A stretch of 64,000 bases of DNA from Nitrospiraceae bacterium. Its GTDB lineage: Bacteria > Nitrospirota > Thermodesulfovibrionia > UBA6902. Where the stretch lies: NCBI GenBank assembly GCA_003599275.1, contig QZJG01000005.1, forward strand, positions 24,583 to 88,582, read 5' to 3'. Shown here in pieces: positions 37,935 to 46,943 of this stretch. The translations under genes were made by a program, and so were the position numbers. Under the pieces are notes generated by a model. The model was not told where the DNA came from and ran no database searches. It worked only from the letters and a program-made list of their open reading frames with translations. Each line of letters begins with the position of its first letter. Within the stretch, counting starts at the first letter, position 1.

Positions 37935-37968
37935 TTTCAGGCATGTCATGAAAGTGCGACATGTCATG
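37916..37968. promoter_or_regulatory. candidate upstream activator sites: perfect 22-bp palindrome AAATCATGACATGTCATGATTT plus two further CATGTCATG boxes
   Basis: Palindrome 37916-37937; CATGTCATG at 37925, 37942 and 37960; about 155-200 bp upstream of a -24/-12 promoter. Confidence 0.55.
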
Positions 37969-38009
37969 GTCTTCAAGCTGCTATAAGATATTCTCCTGGA
38001 ATAATGATT

Positions 38010-38079
38010 GTCATGCCCGCGAATGCGGGCATCCAGTAACAGATTAAAAAAACTGGATTCCCACTTTCATGGGAATGAC
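38010..38079. repeat. REP-like element (GTCATGCCCGC..GCGGGCATCCAG...CTGGATTCCC-N8-GGGAATGAC)
   Basis: Two hairpin arms; contains ATTCCC-N8-GGGAAT. Confidence 0.8.
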
Positions 38080-38122
38080 GACAATAGACGCAGAAAATAG
38101 TTTTTCAGCTCTTCCTGCCCTC

Positions 38123-38138
38123 TGGCACACTTTCTGCA
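38123..38138 (+). promoter_or_regulatory. sigma54 (-24/-12) promoter
   Basis: TGGCAC-ACTTT-CTGCA, with GG 38124-25 and GC 38136-37 at canonical spacing, right after a sigma54 activator gene. Confidence 0.75.
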
Positions 38139-38263
38139 ATGCATCTCCTTACCTGATTCCGGAAGTCATCACTGCTTTGATGCGGACTGGAAGGGACACT
38201 CAGGGAAAACCGTCTGTACAAATCATAACTCTGGTTTACTTTTTAGTTTTACAGGAGGCTTCA

Positions 38264-38488
38264 ATGGAGGAAGTAAAATGCCCTAATCTGGCGGAATGGC
38301 AAAACTGGATCATACTGCTCTGCAAAAAAGGAAGCAGGCCGTATGTCCCGAAAATGTCCGACCTCCAGACGTACTGCAAGACAAAAAATTTCAGCAAATG
38401 TCCTTACTCTGCAAAGGTGGACAGCAAGGCAGCTTTTGCAACACATTACAGGAAGGGGGAAGAAGGCAAAAATGATATGCGAGTTTGA
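38264..38488 (+). CDS. small 4-Cys hypothetical protein
   Basis: AGGAGG SD at 38253-58; MEEVKCPNL...LLC...PYVP....LQTYCK....KCPY; first gene after the sigma54 promoter. Confidence 0.65.
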   Translation: MEEVKCPNLAEWQNWIILLCKKGSRPYVPKMSDLQTYCKTKNFSKCPYSAKVDSKAAFATHYRKGEEGKNDMRV

Positions 38489-38825
38489 ACAGTTCGACAG
38501 CGTGGGGGTGTTTACCTTCTGCGGCGAATTGACGAGGGAATATGAAGACGAGCTGAAACTGGTCCTGATGAGGGCAATCCACGGCATTGACCGCTCGGTC
38601 CTGAAATTCAACAACGTAAGACGGATAGACCGGAAGTGCACACGTCTTCTTAAACAGGCCTATCGCACTTCAATCCGCCTGAAAAGCCCGTTCATTATAA
38701 CGGGCCTGTCCGGGACATTACTGGCAAAACTGACACACGGCATAACCACTGATAAGGAGAGGGATAACCATGATTACTCATTCGTCGGCGGGTTTTACGG
38801 CAGCAGGAAAGCGGCCTTCAATTAA
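38472..38825 (+). CDS. STAS-domain (anti-sigma antagonist-like) protein
   Basis: GVFTFCGELTRE..DELK..L......SVLKFNNVRRID..C..LL pattern of STAS; AGGGGGAAG upstream. Confidence 0.65.
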   Translation: MICEFEQFDSVGVFTFCGELTREYEDELKLVLMRAIHGIDRSVLKFNNVRRIDRKCTRLLKQAYRTSIRLKSPFIITGLSGTLLAKLTHGITTDKERDNHDYSFVGGFYGSRKAAFN

Positions 38826-39060
38826 CGCCGGGCCGGTCTGCGGAAAATCCAGTGGAGTGAAGGGCCTTGCCGAGGCCATTATACTTCAGTCGCTGGAAGA
38901 CCTCTGCACACAGCCCCACAGGAAAGAAAGCAGGAAATTTTTCGGAAAGAACGGCTTCAGGACCTGCGCGGAGATCGCGGGCATCGATACCGTTGAACAA
39001 TTCAAAATATTGCATCTTTTGGGAGGCAGGAAAAATGGAAGAAACAGCAGAGTACACTGA
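38770..39060 (+). CDS. small hypothetical protein ([13 protein letters not shown]...FF...F..CA.IAG)
   Basis: AAGGAGAGGG SD; overlaps both neighbours in operon fashion. Confidence 0.55.
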   Translation: MITHSSAGFTAAGKRPSINAGPVCGKSSGVKGLAEAIILQSLEDLCTQPHRKESRKFFGKNGFRTCAEIAGIDTVEQFKILHLLGGRKNGRNSRVH

Positions 39061-40618
39061 GATCAGGGACAACGGCTTAAAAGAGATAATGCCGGAGCCG
39101 GACGGACTGGACCATCCCGCTTTTGAAAGCAGGAACGTTTTTCATTCGCCGAATTACACGTGGGACGACCCGATAAAAATATACCTGCGTGAAATGGAAT
39201 CGATCCCGATGCTCACAAAAGACGGAGAGGTCGAGACCGCAAAGAAGATGGAGGAGGCAAGGAACGCCGTCTCGGGGACCATATTTGCCTCACCTTTCAT
39301 TGTAAGGCAGATATTGCACCTGCCCTTTCTTCTGAAGCAGAAGAAGGTTGCCCTGAAAAATTTCTGCTCTATCGAGAAAGACCTGACGGACGCCGAAAAG
39401 ACGGAGTTCCTGGAAAATATCCTGAAGACGACCAGGACCCTGAAAGCCCTCTTTGATAAAAGGGACTCCTATCTCGAAAGACTGTCGGCCGGAAAACCGG
39501 ACGAAAAAGAACGCGAAACAATAAAGGACCAGATGGCGGCAAACAGGTCCAGGATAATCAGCCATATATTAAACCTCAACCTCCGGGAAGAAATTGTTGA
39601 AAGCCTCTGTTCGCAATTCAAAAATATGGCATCGTTCCATGAAGAAATATGCAAAGAGATCGAAGGCATCAGGGCGCAGATTGACGTCCCTGTGGAAAAA
39701 TTAAAGAACGGAAAGATGCTCATTTCCGCAGCCGGCAAACTCGGGAAATCTCCTGATGAAGTCAAAAAACTATATGATGGCTTTAAGGGCCTGAGGGCCG
39801 AGATGCAGCTCATAGAGTCGGAGCTTGGACTTAAAGGAGAAGAAGTGCCTCTCGCATTAAAGGCCGTAGAGGACGGCAGGGCGGAGGTCCTCGAAGCAAA
39901 GAGGTCGCTCACGGAGGCAAACCTGAGACTGGTCATCAGCATAGCCCGCAGGTATATAGGCAAGGGGCTCAGCCTGATAGACCTGATACAGGAGGGGAAC
40001 ATAGGGTTGATGAGGGCCGTAGACAAGTTTGATTACAAGAGGGGCTACAAATTCAGCACCTATGCCACCTGGTGGATAAGACAGTCCATAACAAGGGCGC
40101 TTGCGGACCAGGCCCGCACCATCAGGCTTCCGGTCCACATGATAGAGACCATCAATAAGGTCACGCATATATCAAAATATCTCGTACAGGACCTCGGGCG
40201 GGAACCGAAGGCAGAGGAAATAGCAAAAAAGATCAATCTCCCGCTCGAAAAGGTGCGCGAGATACTGAAGATATGCAAAGAGCCGGTCTCTCTCGAAGCG
40301 CCCATAGGCAATGACGAAGACAGCCACCTCGAAGACTTTATAGAAGACAAGTCTTCCCCCATCCCGCTTGACGGCGTAATTCAGCAGGAGCTGAAGGAGC
40401 AGGTCCGGAAGGTCATAGGCACGCTCACCAAAAAAGAGGCCGAGATCATCGAAAAGCGCTTCGGCATAGGAGACGGCGTCTCTCTCACTCTCGAAGAAGT
40501 CGGCAAGCAGTTCAAGGTCACGAGGGAGCGCATCAGGCAGCTCGAGGGAAAGGCACTGAGAAAGCTGAGACATCCTGCAAGATGCCAGACGCTGAAGTTG
40601 TTTCTGGAAAAGAGCTGA
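39035..40618 (+). CDS. RpoD-like sigma70 factor paralogue lacking region 1.1
   Basis: Region 1.2 [11 protein letters not shown], long [58 protein letters not shown]; GGGAGG SD before ATG 39035. Confidence 0.92.
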   Translation: MEETAEYTEIRDNGLKEIMPEPDGLDHPAFESRNVFHSPNYTWDDPIKIYLREMESIPMLTKDGEVETAKKMEEARNAVSGTIFASPFIVRQILHLPFLLKQKKVALKNFCSIEKDLTDAEKTEFLENILKTTRTLKALFDKRDSYLERLSAGKPDEKERETIKDQMAANRSRIISHILNLNLREEIVESLCSQFKNMASFHEEICKEIEGIRAQIDVPVEKLKNGKMLISAAGKLGKSPDEVKKLYDGFKGLRAEMQLIESELGLKGEEVPLALKAVEDGRAEVLEAKRSLTEANLRLVISIARRYIGKGLSLIDLIQEGNIGLMRAVDKFDYKRGYKFSTYATWWIRQSITRALADQARTIRLPVHMIETINKVTHISKYLVQDLGREPKAEEIAKKINLPLEKVREILKICKEPVSLEAPIGNDEDSHLEDFIEDKSSPIPLDGVIQQELKEQVRKVIGTLTKKEAEIIEKRFGIGDGVSLTLEEVGKQFKVTRERIRQLEGKALRKLRHPARCQTLKLFLEKS

Positions 40619-40623
40619 CCTGG

Positions 40624-40802
40624 CAGGTTTCTGAAAAAGTATTTTAGCTGTCATTGCGAGCGAAGCGAAGCAATCTCGCTACTAATTAATCAATAAGTTT
40701 GAGATTACGTAACTGAATGGTTACGAGATTACTTCGTCATCCCGACTATGCGGGATTCCTCGTAATGACAATAAATACGGACTTTTTCAGCAGTGCAGCC
40801 TG
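40624..40802. mobile_element. MITE-like nested element (second copy of the 32323-32462 type) between convergent genes
   Basis: CAGGTTTCTGAAAAAGT ... ACTTTTTCAGCAGTGCAGCCTG enclosing GTCATTGCGAG..GCAATCT / GAGATT..AATGAC. Confidence 0.6.
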
Positions 40803-40812
40803 TTACTGTTTC

Positions 40813-42864
40813 CTAACACCTTGCTTCCATAAACGCGGCAAATTCATTGGCCGGCAGCGGTCTGCTGAAGTGATACCCCTGTGCCTCGTCGCAGCGTATG
40901 ATCTGCAGGAATGCAAGCTGCTCCTCAGTCTCGACACCTTCCGCGATCACCTTAAGGTTCAGGCTGTGGGCGAGGTTGATGACCGCATTTATGATCGACT
41001 TGTAATCAGGGTCTGCCGAAAGACCGAGGACAAAGGACTTGTCTATTTTGAGCATCTGGATCGGCAGCTTCTTCAGGTAGTTCAGGGACGAATATCCTAT
41101 GCCGAAATCGTCAATGCAAAACCTCACTCCGGCATCGGTCAGTTTATTGAGATAAGGGACCGCCAGCTCTATCTCCTGCATTACAGTGCGCTCGGTAATT
41201 TCGATGCCGAGGTAGCCCGGGTCCAGGCCGGTCTCTTTCAATATAGCGGAGACCGTCTCCGCAATGTCGGCCCTCTGAAAATAACGGGACGAAAGATTTA
41301 CCATTATGCAAACAGGCGAACGTCCGTCCTTTTGCCATTGCACACTCTGCGCGCAGGTGGTCCGCAGCACCCATTCATCGATATTGACGATAAGACCCGC
41401 TTCTTCAGCTAACGGTATAAACTGCATGGGATGCAGCAGGCCCATCTCCGGATGCCGCCAGCGCACCAGGGCCTCGGCGCAGAGTATTTGTCCGGTGTCC
41501 AGGCTCACCTGCGGCTGGTAGTGCAGGACCAGCTCCCCGGCCTCGATAGCGTGTCGCAGGCGGTTTGTAAGCTTCAGCCGCTCCAGCGCCCGGATATTCA
41601 TTGTCGGGTTATAAAACTGATAATTGTTCCGTCCTCTCTTCTTGGCGGCATACATGGCAGCGTCCGCGTTTTTAAGCAATATATCGCCGTCATCGCCGTC
41701 AACCGGGAACAAACTGATGCCGACGCTGGGCGACGTGTGGAGCGTATGACTGTTGACCATGAACGGCTCCAGGAAGGACGATACGATCTTCCTCGCGATA
41801 GTGACGATGTCTTCTTCATGATTTACGCGCGACAGGAGAACGGTGTATTCGTCTCCGCCGAGACGCGCCAGGGTATCGCTTTCACGCAGGCACGTCTTCA
41901 GACGGCGCGAGACCGCCTGCAGGAGCAGGTCTCCTACCGCATGTCCCAGGGAATCGTTTATCTCCTTGAAATTGTCGAGGTCCAGATACATAACGCCCAC
42001 CATATGCTGGTCGCGCATCGCCTGTGTCAGTGCGAGTTTGAGGTGGTCGATAAACAGCGCCCGGTTCGGCAGGCCGGTCAGCATATCATGATAGGCCTGG
42101 TGCTTTATGGCCTCTTCTATCTGTTTGCGTTCCGTGATGTCTATGATAATTCCGGACAAAACATCCTTATTGAGGGTTATGCTGAAAAGCAGATTTCTGG
42201 CCTTTCCCGTCTTTGTGACGGCCCTGATTTCAAAGTTGTCCAGCTTCCCTGTTTTTTTCAGGTTGTCGATTAAAGTCTTTCTGTCTTTCGGGGCCTCATA
42301 GATAGAAAGGGCCCTGCTGGACATAAACTCCTCCGCCGATCCATATTCGAGCATCCTGACCAGCGCATCGTTTACAAAAAGGATATCGCCCCTGAGATTT
42401 GTCTTGAACACCCCTGCGAGCGCATTGTCGACGAGGTCCCTGTATTTTTCCTCGGACTCCGCAAGCGCATCCATCATCAGCTTTCGCTCAATGGCGTACC
42501 GAATTGAACGGACCAGCAGGCCGCTGTTCACGCTCCCCTTGACCAGGTAGTCCTGTGCGCCAAGCTTCAGCGAGGAAATAGCCGTGCCTTCATCTTCAAG
42601 ACCCGTCAACATAACAATCGGGACATTCGGCGCAAGCTTCTTTATCCCGGCAATGGAGTTGATCCCGCCGCTGTCGGGAAGCCCGAAGTCCAGCAGAACA
42701 ACGTCAAAGGAGTGTTTGGCTAATTTAGCCAATCCGTCCGAAAGGGTGCCTGAATGCTCAAGCGACTGAGACAATGATGTTGCCTCAGTCAGCATTTCCT
42801 TTATCAGCCGGAAGTCTCCATCGTTGTCCTCGATGAGAAGGATGCGTAATTTTTTTACGGTCAT
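40813..42864 (-). CDS. REC-PAS-GGDEF-EAL c-di-GMP enzyme
   Basis: REC (LLIEDN..LLDFGLPD), PAS, HDMLTGLPNR, RxxD I-site (RESD) plus GGDEY, AEALVRW, IDDFGIGYSSL, KIDKSF, AEGVE. Confidence 0.95.
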   Translation of the reverse strand: MTVKKLRILLIEDNDGDFRLIKEMLTEATSLSQSLEHSGTLSDGLAKLAKHSFDVVLLDFGLPDSGGINSIAGIKKLAPNVPIVMLTGLEDEGTAISSLKLGAQDYLVKGSVNSGLLVRSIRYAIERKLMMDALAESEEKYRDLVDNALAGVFKTNLRGDILFVNDALVRMLEYGSAEEFMSSRALSIYEAPKDRKTLIDNLKKTGKLDNFEIRAVTKTGKARNLLFSITLNKDVLSGIIIDITERKQIEEAIKHQAYHDMLTGLPNRALFIDHLKLALTQAMRDQHMVGVMYLDLDNFKEINDSLGHAVGDLLLQAVSRRLKTCLRESDTLARLGGDEYTVLLSRVNHEEDIVTIARKIVSSFLEPFMVNSHTLHTSPSVGISLFPVDGDDGDILLKNADAAMYAAKKRGRNNYQFYNPTMNIRALERLKLTNRLRHAIEAGELVLHYQPQVSLDTGQILCAEALVRWRHPEMGLLHPMQFIPLAEEAGLIVNIDEWVLRTTCAQSVQWQKDGRSPVCIMVNLSSRYFQRADIAETVSAILKETGLDPGYLGIEITERTVMQEIELAVPYLNKLTDAGVRFCIDDFGIGYSSLNYLKKLPIQMLKIDKSFVLGLSADPDYKSIINAVINLAHSLNLKVIAEGVETEEQLAFLQIIRCDEAQGYHFSRPLPANEFAAFMEARC

Positions 42865-42890
42865 GGTTTGTTACCCCCAAATCAATATGT

Positions 42891-42928
42891 ACATCCTATC
42901 ACCTGTACTGCGATTTGACAATAGTAAA
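42891..42928. repeat. 38-bp imperfect direct repeat (left flank of the TA module)
   Basis: ACATCCTATCACCT-N9-TTTGACAATAGTAAA, repeated at 43783-43820. Confidence 0.8.
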
Positions 42929-43051
42929 GTGAAAGCCCCTGTAACCGATTATGGGTGGGGGGTTCTAAGGAGTGAAGCGACGAAAGATCTGAGGTAAAAA
43001 GATAAGAGGGAGTTATGATTCCGATACGACAGAGGTGGTTAACGGTTGCTT

Positions 43052-43474
43052 TCATACAAAAGGGTTTCTGACCGTTAGGCCCTTTATCTTATGGTTGTCG
43101 GCAAAGTCCTCTGAAAGGACCGTTGTCGCGCCGCCTGCGAAGGCAGCCGCTACAACAAGCGAGTCCCAGAAAGAATACCTGTATCTTTCCTGTAATTCTG
43201 TCGCTTCTATTATCGTTTCAATATCAATTATCACCGTGTCCCATTTTGAGAGTCTCTTTATTGTCTCTCTGGCAAAGGCCGGATCAATCGGCGCAGGGAT
43301 CTTTTTTGTTACTGTAACGAAAAACTCCTGCAGGATCTGGGTGCTCAACGTCCCGAGGCCGGAAGCCCAAAGGTCTTTCATGATATCAAGCGCAATACGG
43401 TGCTTGTGCCCTGCGTCAAGGTCATAGGCATACACAAGCACGTTGGTATCGACAAAGACCTTATCTCCTCTCAT
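43052..43474 (-). CDS. vapC: PIN-domain toxin (VapC family)
   Basis: FVDTNVLVY, STQILQEF, SFWDSLVVAAA, LSED. Confidence 0.9.
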   Translation of the reverse strand: MRGDKVFVDTNVLVYAYDLDAGHKHRIALDIMKDLWASGLGTLSTQILQEFFVTVTKKIPAPIDPAFARETIKRLSKWDTVIIDIETIIEATELQERYRYSFWDSLVVAAAFAGGATTVLSEDFADNHKIKGLTVRNPFV

Positions 43475-43706
43475 GAAGCTCCTCGCGCGAGCAAGGCATA
43501 TGTCCGCCGGTGCCGAGATGCAGCCCCTGCTCCATAAGCTTTATTTCCCGCTTCATCGCGTCCTGATATCCCGTATCTTTCCTTATCTTATCTTCGAGAG
43601 ACTCCCTGATCAATGCGCTCAGCGACTTTTCCTCTTTCAGCGCAAGCATCTTCGCTTTCTTCACTATTGCCCTGGGAAGCGACAACGTCAAATTTTGCCT
43701 TTCCAT
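43461..43706 (-). CDS. ribbon-helix-helix-like antitoxin
   Basis: QNLTLSLP...KAK.LA....SLSALIRE, C-terminal SREELHER; overlaps the PIN gene; AAGGAGG SD. Confidence 0.85.
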   Translation of the reverse strand: MERQNLTLSLPRAIVKKAKMLALKEEKSLSALIRESLEDKIRKDTGYQDAMKREIKLMEQGLHLGTGGHMPCSREELHERR

Positions 43707-43723
43707 AAAACCTCCTTTCCAAA

Positions 43724-43765
43724 ATCACATGATTACGTATATCACATAATCATGTGATAAGTCAA
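43724..43765 (-). promoter_or_regulatory. TA promoter with overlapping operator inverted repeat
   Basis: ATCACATGATTA(43724-35)/TAATCATGTGAT(43747-58); minus strand TTGACT-18-TATACG with TGn. Confidence 0.7.
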
Positions 43766-43782
43766 ACAACATACGTATCCGC

Positions 43783-43876
43783 ACATCCTATCACCTCTCC
43801 CGCACTTTGACAATAGTAAACCCGAACTCTTCAACCGACTGCACTATCTGCCTCAGGTGTTCAAACCGCAACGGTT
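43783..43876 (-). pseudogene. 3' remnant of a response regulator gene
   Basis: 43817-43876 is identical to 46054-46113 (PLRFEHLRQIVQSVEEFGF of the adjacent RR), continuing to TIVKVRER*. Confidence 0.7.
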
Positions 43877-45918
43877 CCTTTCCCCATGACCCTTGCCCCT
43901 TGACTCTGTCTCTTATCCGGTATCGTAAAACAAAACGTTGCCCCTTTGCCTTTCTCCGACTCGCCCCATATACGCCCTCCGTGACGTTCCACAATCTTCT
44001 TGCAGATCGCCAGCCCGGCGCCTGTGCCCGGATATTTGTCGCGTGTATGAAGACGCTTGAACATGAGGAATATCCTGTCGAAATATTCCGGGGCAATACC
44101 GATGCCGTTGTCACTGACCTGTATGACCCATTCGGCTCCTTTGTGTTCGGCTGAAATGCGGATGCGGGGCGGCTCATTACTATGGAACTTGATTGCGTTT
44201 TCAATAAGGTTCTGAAACAACTGCACCATCTGTACTTCATCAGAATGAACGGACGGCAGTATTTCGTTTATAATCTCAACCCGGTTTTCTTCAATCGCTG
44301 TGTTCATATTGTCGGACGCCCTCTTGAGCGCGACATTCAGGTCCGTCAGAATAAAAGGCTCCTCTCCCCTTCCAATCCTTGAGTAACTGCGAAGGTCACG
44401 GAGGAGCATCTGCATATACTCGGCCCCGCTGACTGCAAAACCGATAAAGTCATCGGCGTCCTTATCAAGTTTGTGCTTATACCTCTGCCCTATCAACTGC
44501 AAAAAGCTTGAGACCATGCGGAGCGGCTCCCGGAGGTCGTGGGACGCGATATAGGCGAACTGTTCAAGCTCCCGGTTGTACCGCTCAAGGTTATCGGCAA
44601 GGGACTTCAACTGCTCGATATTGGCTTCCCTTTCTCTCTCTGCGCACTTACGCTCCGTGATGTTGTCGAACACGGCCACAAAATGTCCCTTTTCCATGCT
44701 GTAGACCGAAAGGGACAGGCAGATGTCCAGCGGGGCAAATTGAATCTCGAATTTCTCAGGCCTGCCCGTCAGCGCGACCCTGCCGTAGATTTCAAATAAT
44801 TCCGGATGTGACTCCTTGATGCCGGGAATTGCCTCGGTCACTTTTTTGCCCACTACGTTTTCCAGACCGGTCAGTCTTCCGAAGGCGCTGTTGACGTCGA
44901 GATAGACAAAATCCGCAGGGCGTCCCAGGTCATCAAAAAGCATCCTGCAGTAAGCGCACCCTTCCACCATGTTTTCAAACAGCGAGTGATAACGCTGCTC
45001 GCTCTCACGAAGTGCTTCCTCCGCCCGCGTGCGCTCCTCCATCTCTTTGCTTAATTCATCCCTCGAAACCGTCATGTCCGCGAGTTTCATATAAGGCTCA
45101 TTGACCGATGCGATGAATACCCCCTTATACATCATGTAAAAAGCGGCTATTTTATAGACATGCCCAAGTACGTTATAGGTGTCAAACACCTTCGTGTAGC
45201 TCGCAAAGATGATCTCGCTGAAGATGCTGATGATAAAGGCAGCCAGGTAGTAGATTACGGCCCTGTCCCCGGTCTTCTTCATCCGCCGTCGGTAAACTGC
45301 AGCCGAAATGCACAGGCCCACGACTACCAGGTATTCGGAGATTTTCTTGAAAGGTGTAAGGCCGGTCCCCTGGATATGGGTGACGGGTGCGTACTCAGGG
45401 AAAAAGACGGTCCCGGTAACTACAAGCCCTGTCAAGAGAATGGCCGACACCATCAACACCTTTTTCGACAGCCACCTGATGGGTCTCTCCGGGTAAATAT
45501 ATGCGCTGGCCAGGAATGCCGCGGCCTGGAACAGCCTCGCGGCTATCCAGAACTGGGTAGACTTGTTGGAAGAATTGGCGGTTATAAAGGCAGGCATGGC
45601 GGCGTTGCTCATGGTATGCATGAAGTCCAGGAGGCCGATGGAAAGGAAGGCAGTGCTCAAAAAAAGCGCGTGCCGGTTACCGGACCGTTCATAAGTATAC
45701 CAGCCGATGCCGAAGATGGAGAAGGAAACCATAATGCTGAAAAACTCGGCTATGTTATGGAAGACAACATACGACTCCGCAGGTATAACACGGTCAAACT
45801 GCGAGGGAAACATTACTACCGCCAGAACCGGCAGCGCCGACAGTAAGAAGACGGCTGTCAGGATGCGTTGGTTAGCCCCTCTTTGGAAAAGAGGGATCAG
45901 AGGAGATTTTTTAATCAT
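43861..45918 (-). CDS. MASE3-PAS sensor histidine kinase (Cph1-like kinase core)
   Basis: HNIAEFFSI..SFSIF, LDFMHT.S...MP, FWIAAR, NVLGHVYK (MASE3); ELEQFAYIASHDLREPLR, QLFQNLIENAIKF, DNGIG, GAGLAIC; GGAG SD before ATG 45918. Confidence 0.9.
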   Translation of the reverse strand: MIKKSPLIPLFQRGANQRILTAVFLLSALPVLAVVMFPSQFDRVIPAESYVVFHNIAEFFSIMVSFSIFGIGWYTYERSGNRHALFLSTAFLSIGLLDFMHTMSNAAMPAFITANSSNKSTQFWIAARLFQAAAFLASAYIYPERPIRWLSKKVLMVSAILLTGLVVTGTVFFPEYAPVTHIQGTGLTPFKKISEYLVVVGLCISAAVYRRRMKKTGDRAVIYYLAAFIISIFSEIIFASYTKVFDTYNVLGHVYKIAAFYMMYKGVFIASVNEPYMKLADMTVSRDELSKEMEERTRAEEALRESEQRYHSLFENMVEGCAYCRMLFDDLGRPADFVYLDVNSAFGRLTGLENVVGKKVTEAIPGIKESHPELFEIYGRVALTGRPEKFEIQFAPLDICLSLSVYSMEKGHFVAVFDNITERKCAEREREANIEQLKSLADNLERYNRELEQFAYIASHDLREPLRMVSSFLQLIGQRYKHKLDKDADDFIGFAVSGAEYMQMLLRDLRSYSRIGRGEEPFILTDLNVALKRASDNMNTAIEENRVEIINEILPSVHSDEVQMVQLFQNLIENAIKFHSNEPPRIRISAEHKGAEWVIQVSDNGIGIAPEYFDRIFLMFKRLHTRDKYPGTGAGLAICKKIVERHGGRIWGESEKGKGATFCFTIPDKRQSQGARVMGKGTVAV
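45876..45909. repeat. solo CCCCTCT..AGAGGG-type palindromic repeat translated in the N-terminus of the MASE3 kinase
   Basis: CCCCTCTTTGGAAAAGAGGGATCAGAGGAGATTT resembles the repeats flanking the DUF559 gene at 59973-60350. Confidence 0.55.
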
Positions 45919-45982
45919 AAACAACTCCAAATCTTTTCTATGTCCGCATCGAATTTCTCAAAAACTTCTTTATCAGAAAATC

Positions 45983-46471
45983 TCAGACTTTTAATCCTGA
46001 TTTAGTCGAAAAATCATCTCTTATTTGATCTCTCTCGCCTTTCTTCACTATCATAAACCCGAACTCTTCAACCGACTGCACTATCTGCCTCAGGTGTTCA
46101 AACCGCAACGGTTTGGTAAAGTAGTATTTCGCACCGAGGCGGTAGCTTACGATAATGTCCTCTCTGTCTTCCGAAGAAGTCACCACCGCAACTGGAATGT
46201 CTTTCAGCTCCGGATCATTCGTGATCTCCCTGAGCACCTCGCGGCCGCTTTTATTCGGGAGGTTCAGGTCCAGAAGAATGAGATCGGGCTGCGGAACGCC
46301 GGAATATGTCCCCTCACGGCGGAGAAAAGACATGGCCCCTTCCCCGTCGTTTACAACATGGAGGCAGTTATGCACCTTCGCGTCCCTGAGCATCTCCTGC
46401 ATCAGACGCACGTCACCGGGGTTGTCCTCGATGAGGAGGATATTGATAGTGGATGTAGTTTCTTTGTCCAT
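45983..46471 (-). CDS. single-domain response regulator (Rcp1-like)
   Basis: ILLIEDNPGDV, DGEGA..FL, PDLILLDLNLP, IPVAVVTSS, YFTKP; start uncertain. Confidence 0.9.
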   Translation of the reverse strand: MDKETTSTINILLIEDNPGDVRLMQEMLRDAKVHNCLHVVNDGEGAMSFLRREGTYSGVPQPDLILLDLNLPNKSGREVLREITNDPELKDIPVAVVTSSEDREDIIVSYRLGAKYYFTKPLRFEHLRQIVQSVEEFGFMIVKKGERDQIRDDFSTKSGLKV

Positions 46472-46545
46472 ATAAAAAATAGGGGCAATGGCTTCTGCCC
46501 CCTCCCTTTCGGACAGAGGCTTCACCTCTGTCGTATTCGTGGCAG

Positions 46546-46935
46546 TCAGGAGGCCACCCTTCTGCCCTCTCCCTTGACGGGAGGGGGTGAGGGGGAGGGT
46601 GTTTCAATACAGTTCATCCTTATAACCTCTAATACTCCTCTTGTATTTAAAAATACTTCATTATTCCAAAATCGCAAAACCCTAAATCCTCTCTGCGCAA
46701 AATACTTGTCTCTTTTTGTATCATTTTCATTTTCAGAATGTTGCCCTCCGTCTATTTCAATAATTAAGCGGTTGCTAAAACATACAAAGTCAACTATGTA
46801 ATTACCTATTGGTTGTTGTCTCCTGAATTTAAATCCTTCTATCTGTTTAAGCCGTAAATTATTCCATATAAGTTGCTCTGCTCTGGTTAGCCTTTTCCGC
46901 AACGTCCTGGCGTTACCATATAATGGATTAATCAT
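46546..46935 (-). CDS. DUF559 (Vsr-like PD-(D/E)xK) endonuclease
   Basis: ARTLRKRLTRAE..IW..LR.KQ..GFKFRRQQPIGNYIVDFVC....LIIEIDGGQH......D..RD......GFRVLRFWN. Confidence 0.92.
   Translation of the reverse strand: MINPLYGNARTLRKRLTRAEQLIWNNLRLKQIEGFKFRRQQPIGNYIVDFVCFSNRLIIEIDGGQHSENENDTKRDKYFAQRGFRVLRFWNNEVFLNTRGVLEVIRMNCIETPSPSPPPVKGEGRRVAS
46565..46601. repeat. palindromic repeat, downstream arm flanking DUF559 #1
   Basis: CCCTCTCCCTTGACGGGAGGGGGTGAGGGGGAGGGTG; 31/37 identical to the reverse complement of 46944-46980. Confidence 0.85.
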
Positions 46936-46943
46936 TTAATGGT

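Noticed and set aside
38867-39034. Extended N-terminus of the sigma factor as region 1.1
   Set aside because: Overlaps another ORF with a good SD, is not acidic or 1.1-like, and ATG 39035 has its own GGGAGG
43791-44240. 149-aa ORF as a real gene
   Set aside because: Mostly an alternative frame of the kinase; only its last ~27 codons are meaningful, as the duplicated RR tail
43817-46113. 60-bp repeat pair as a diversity-generating retroelement TR/VR
   Set aside because: Copies are identical with no adenine-specific differences, and no reverse transcriptase is present
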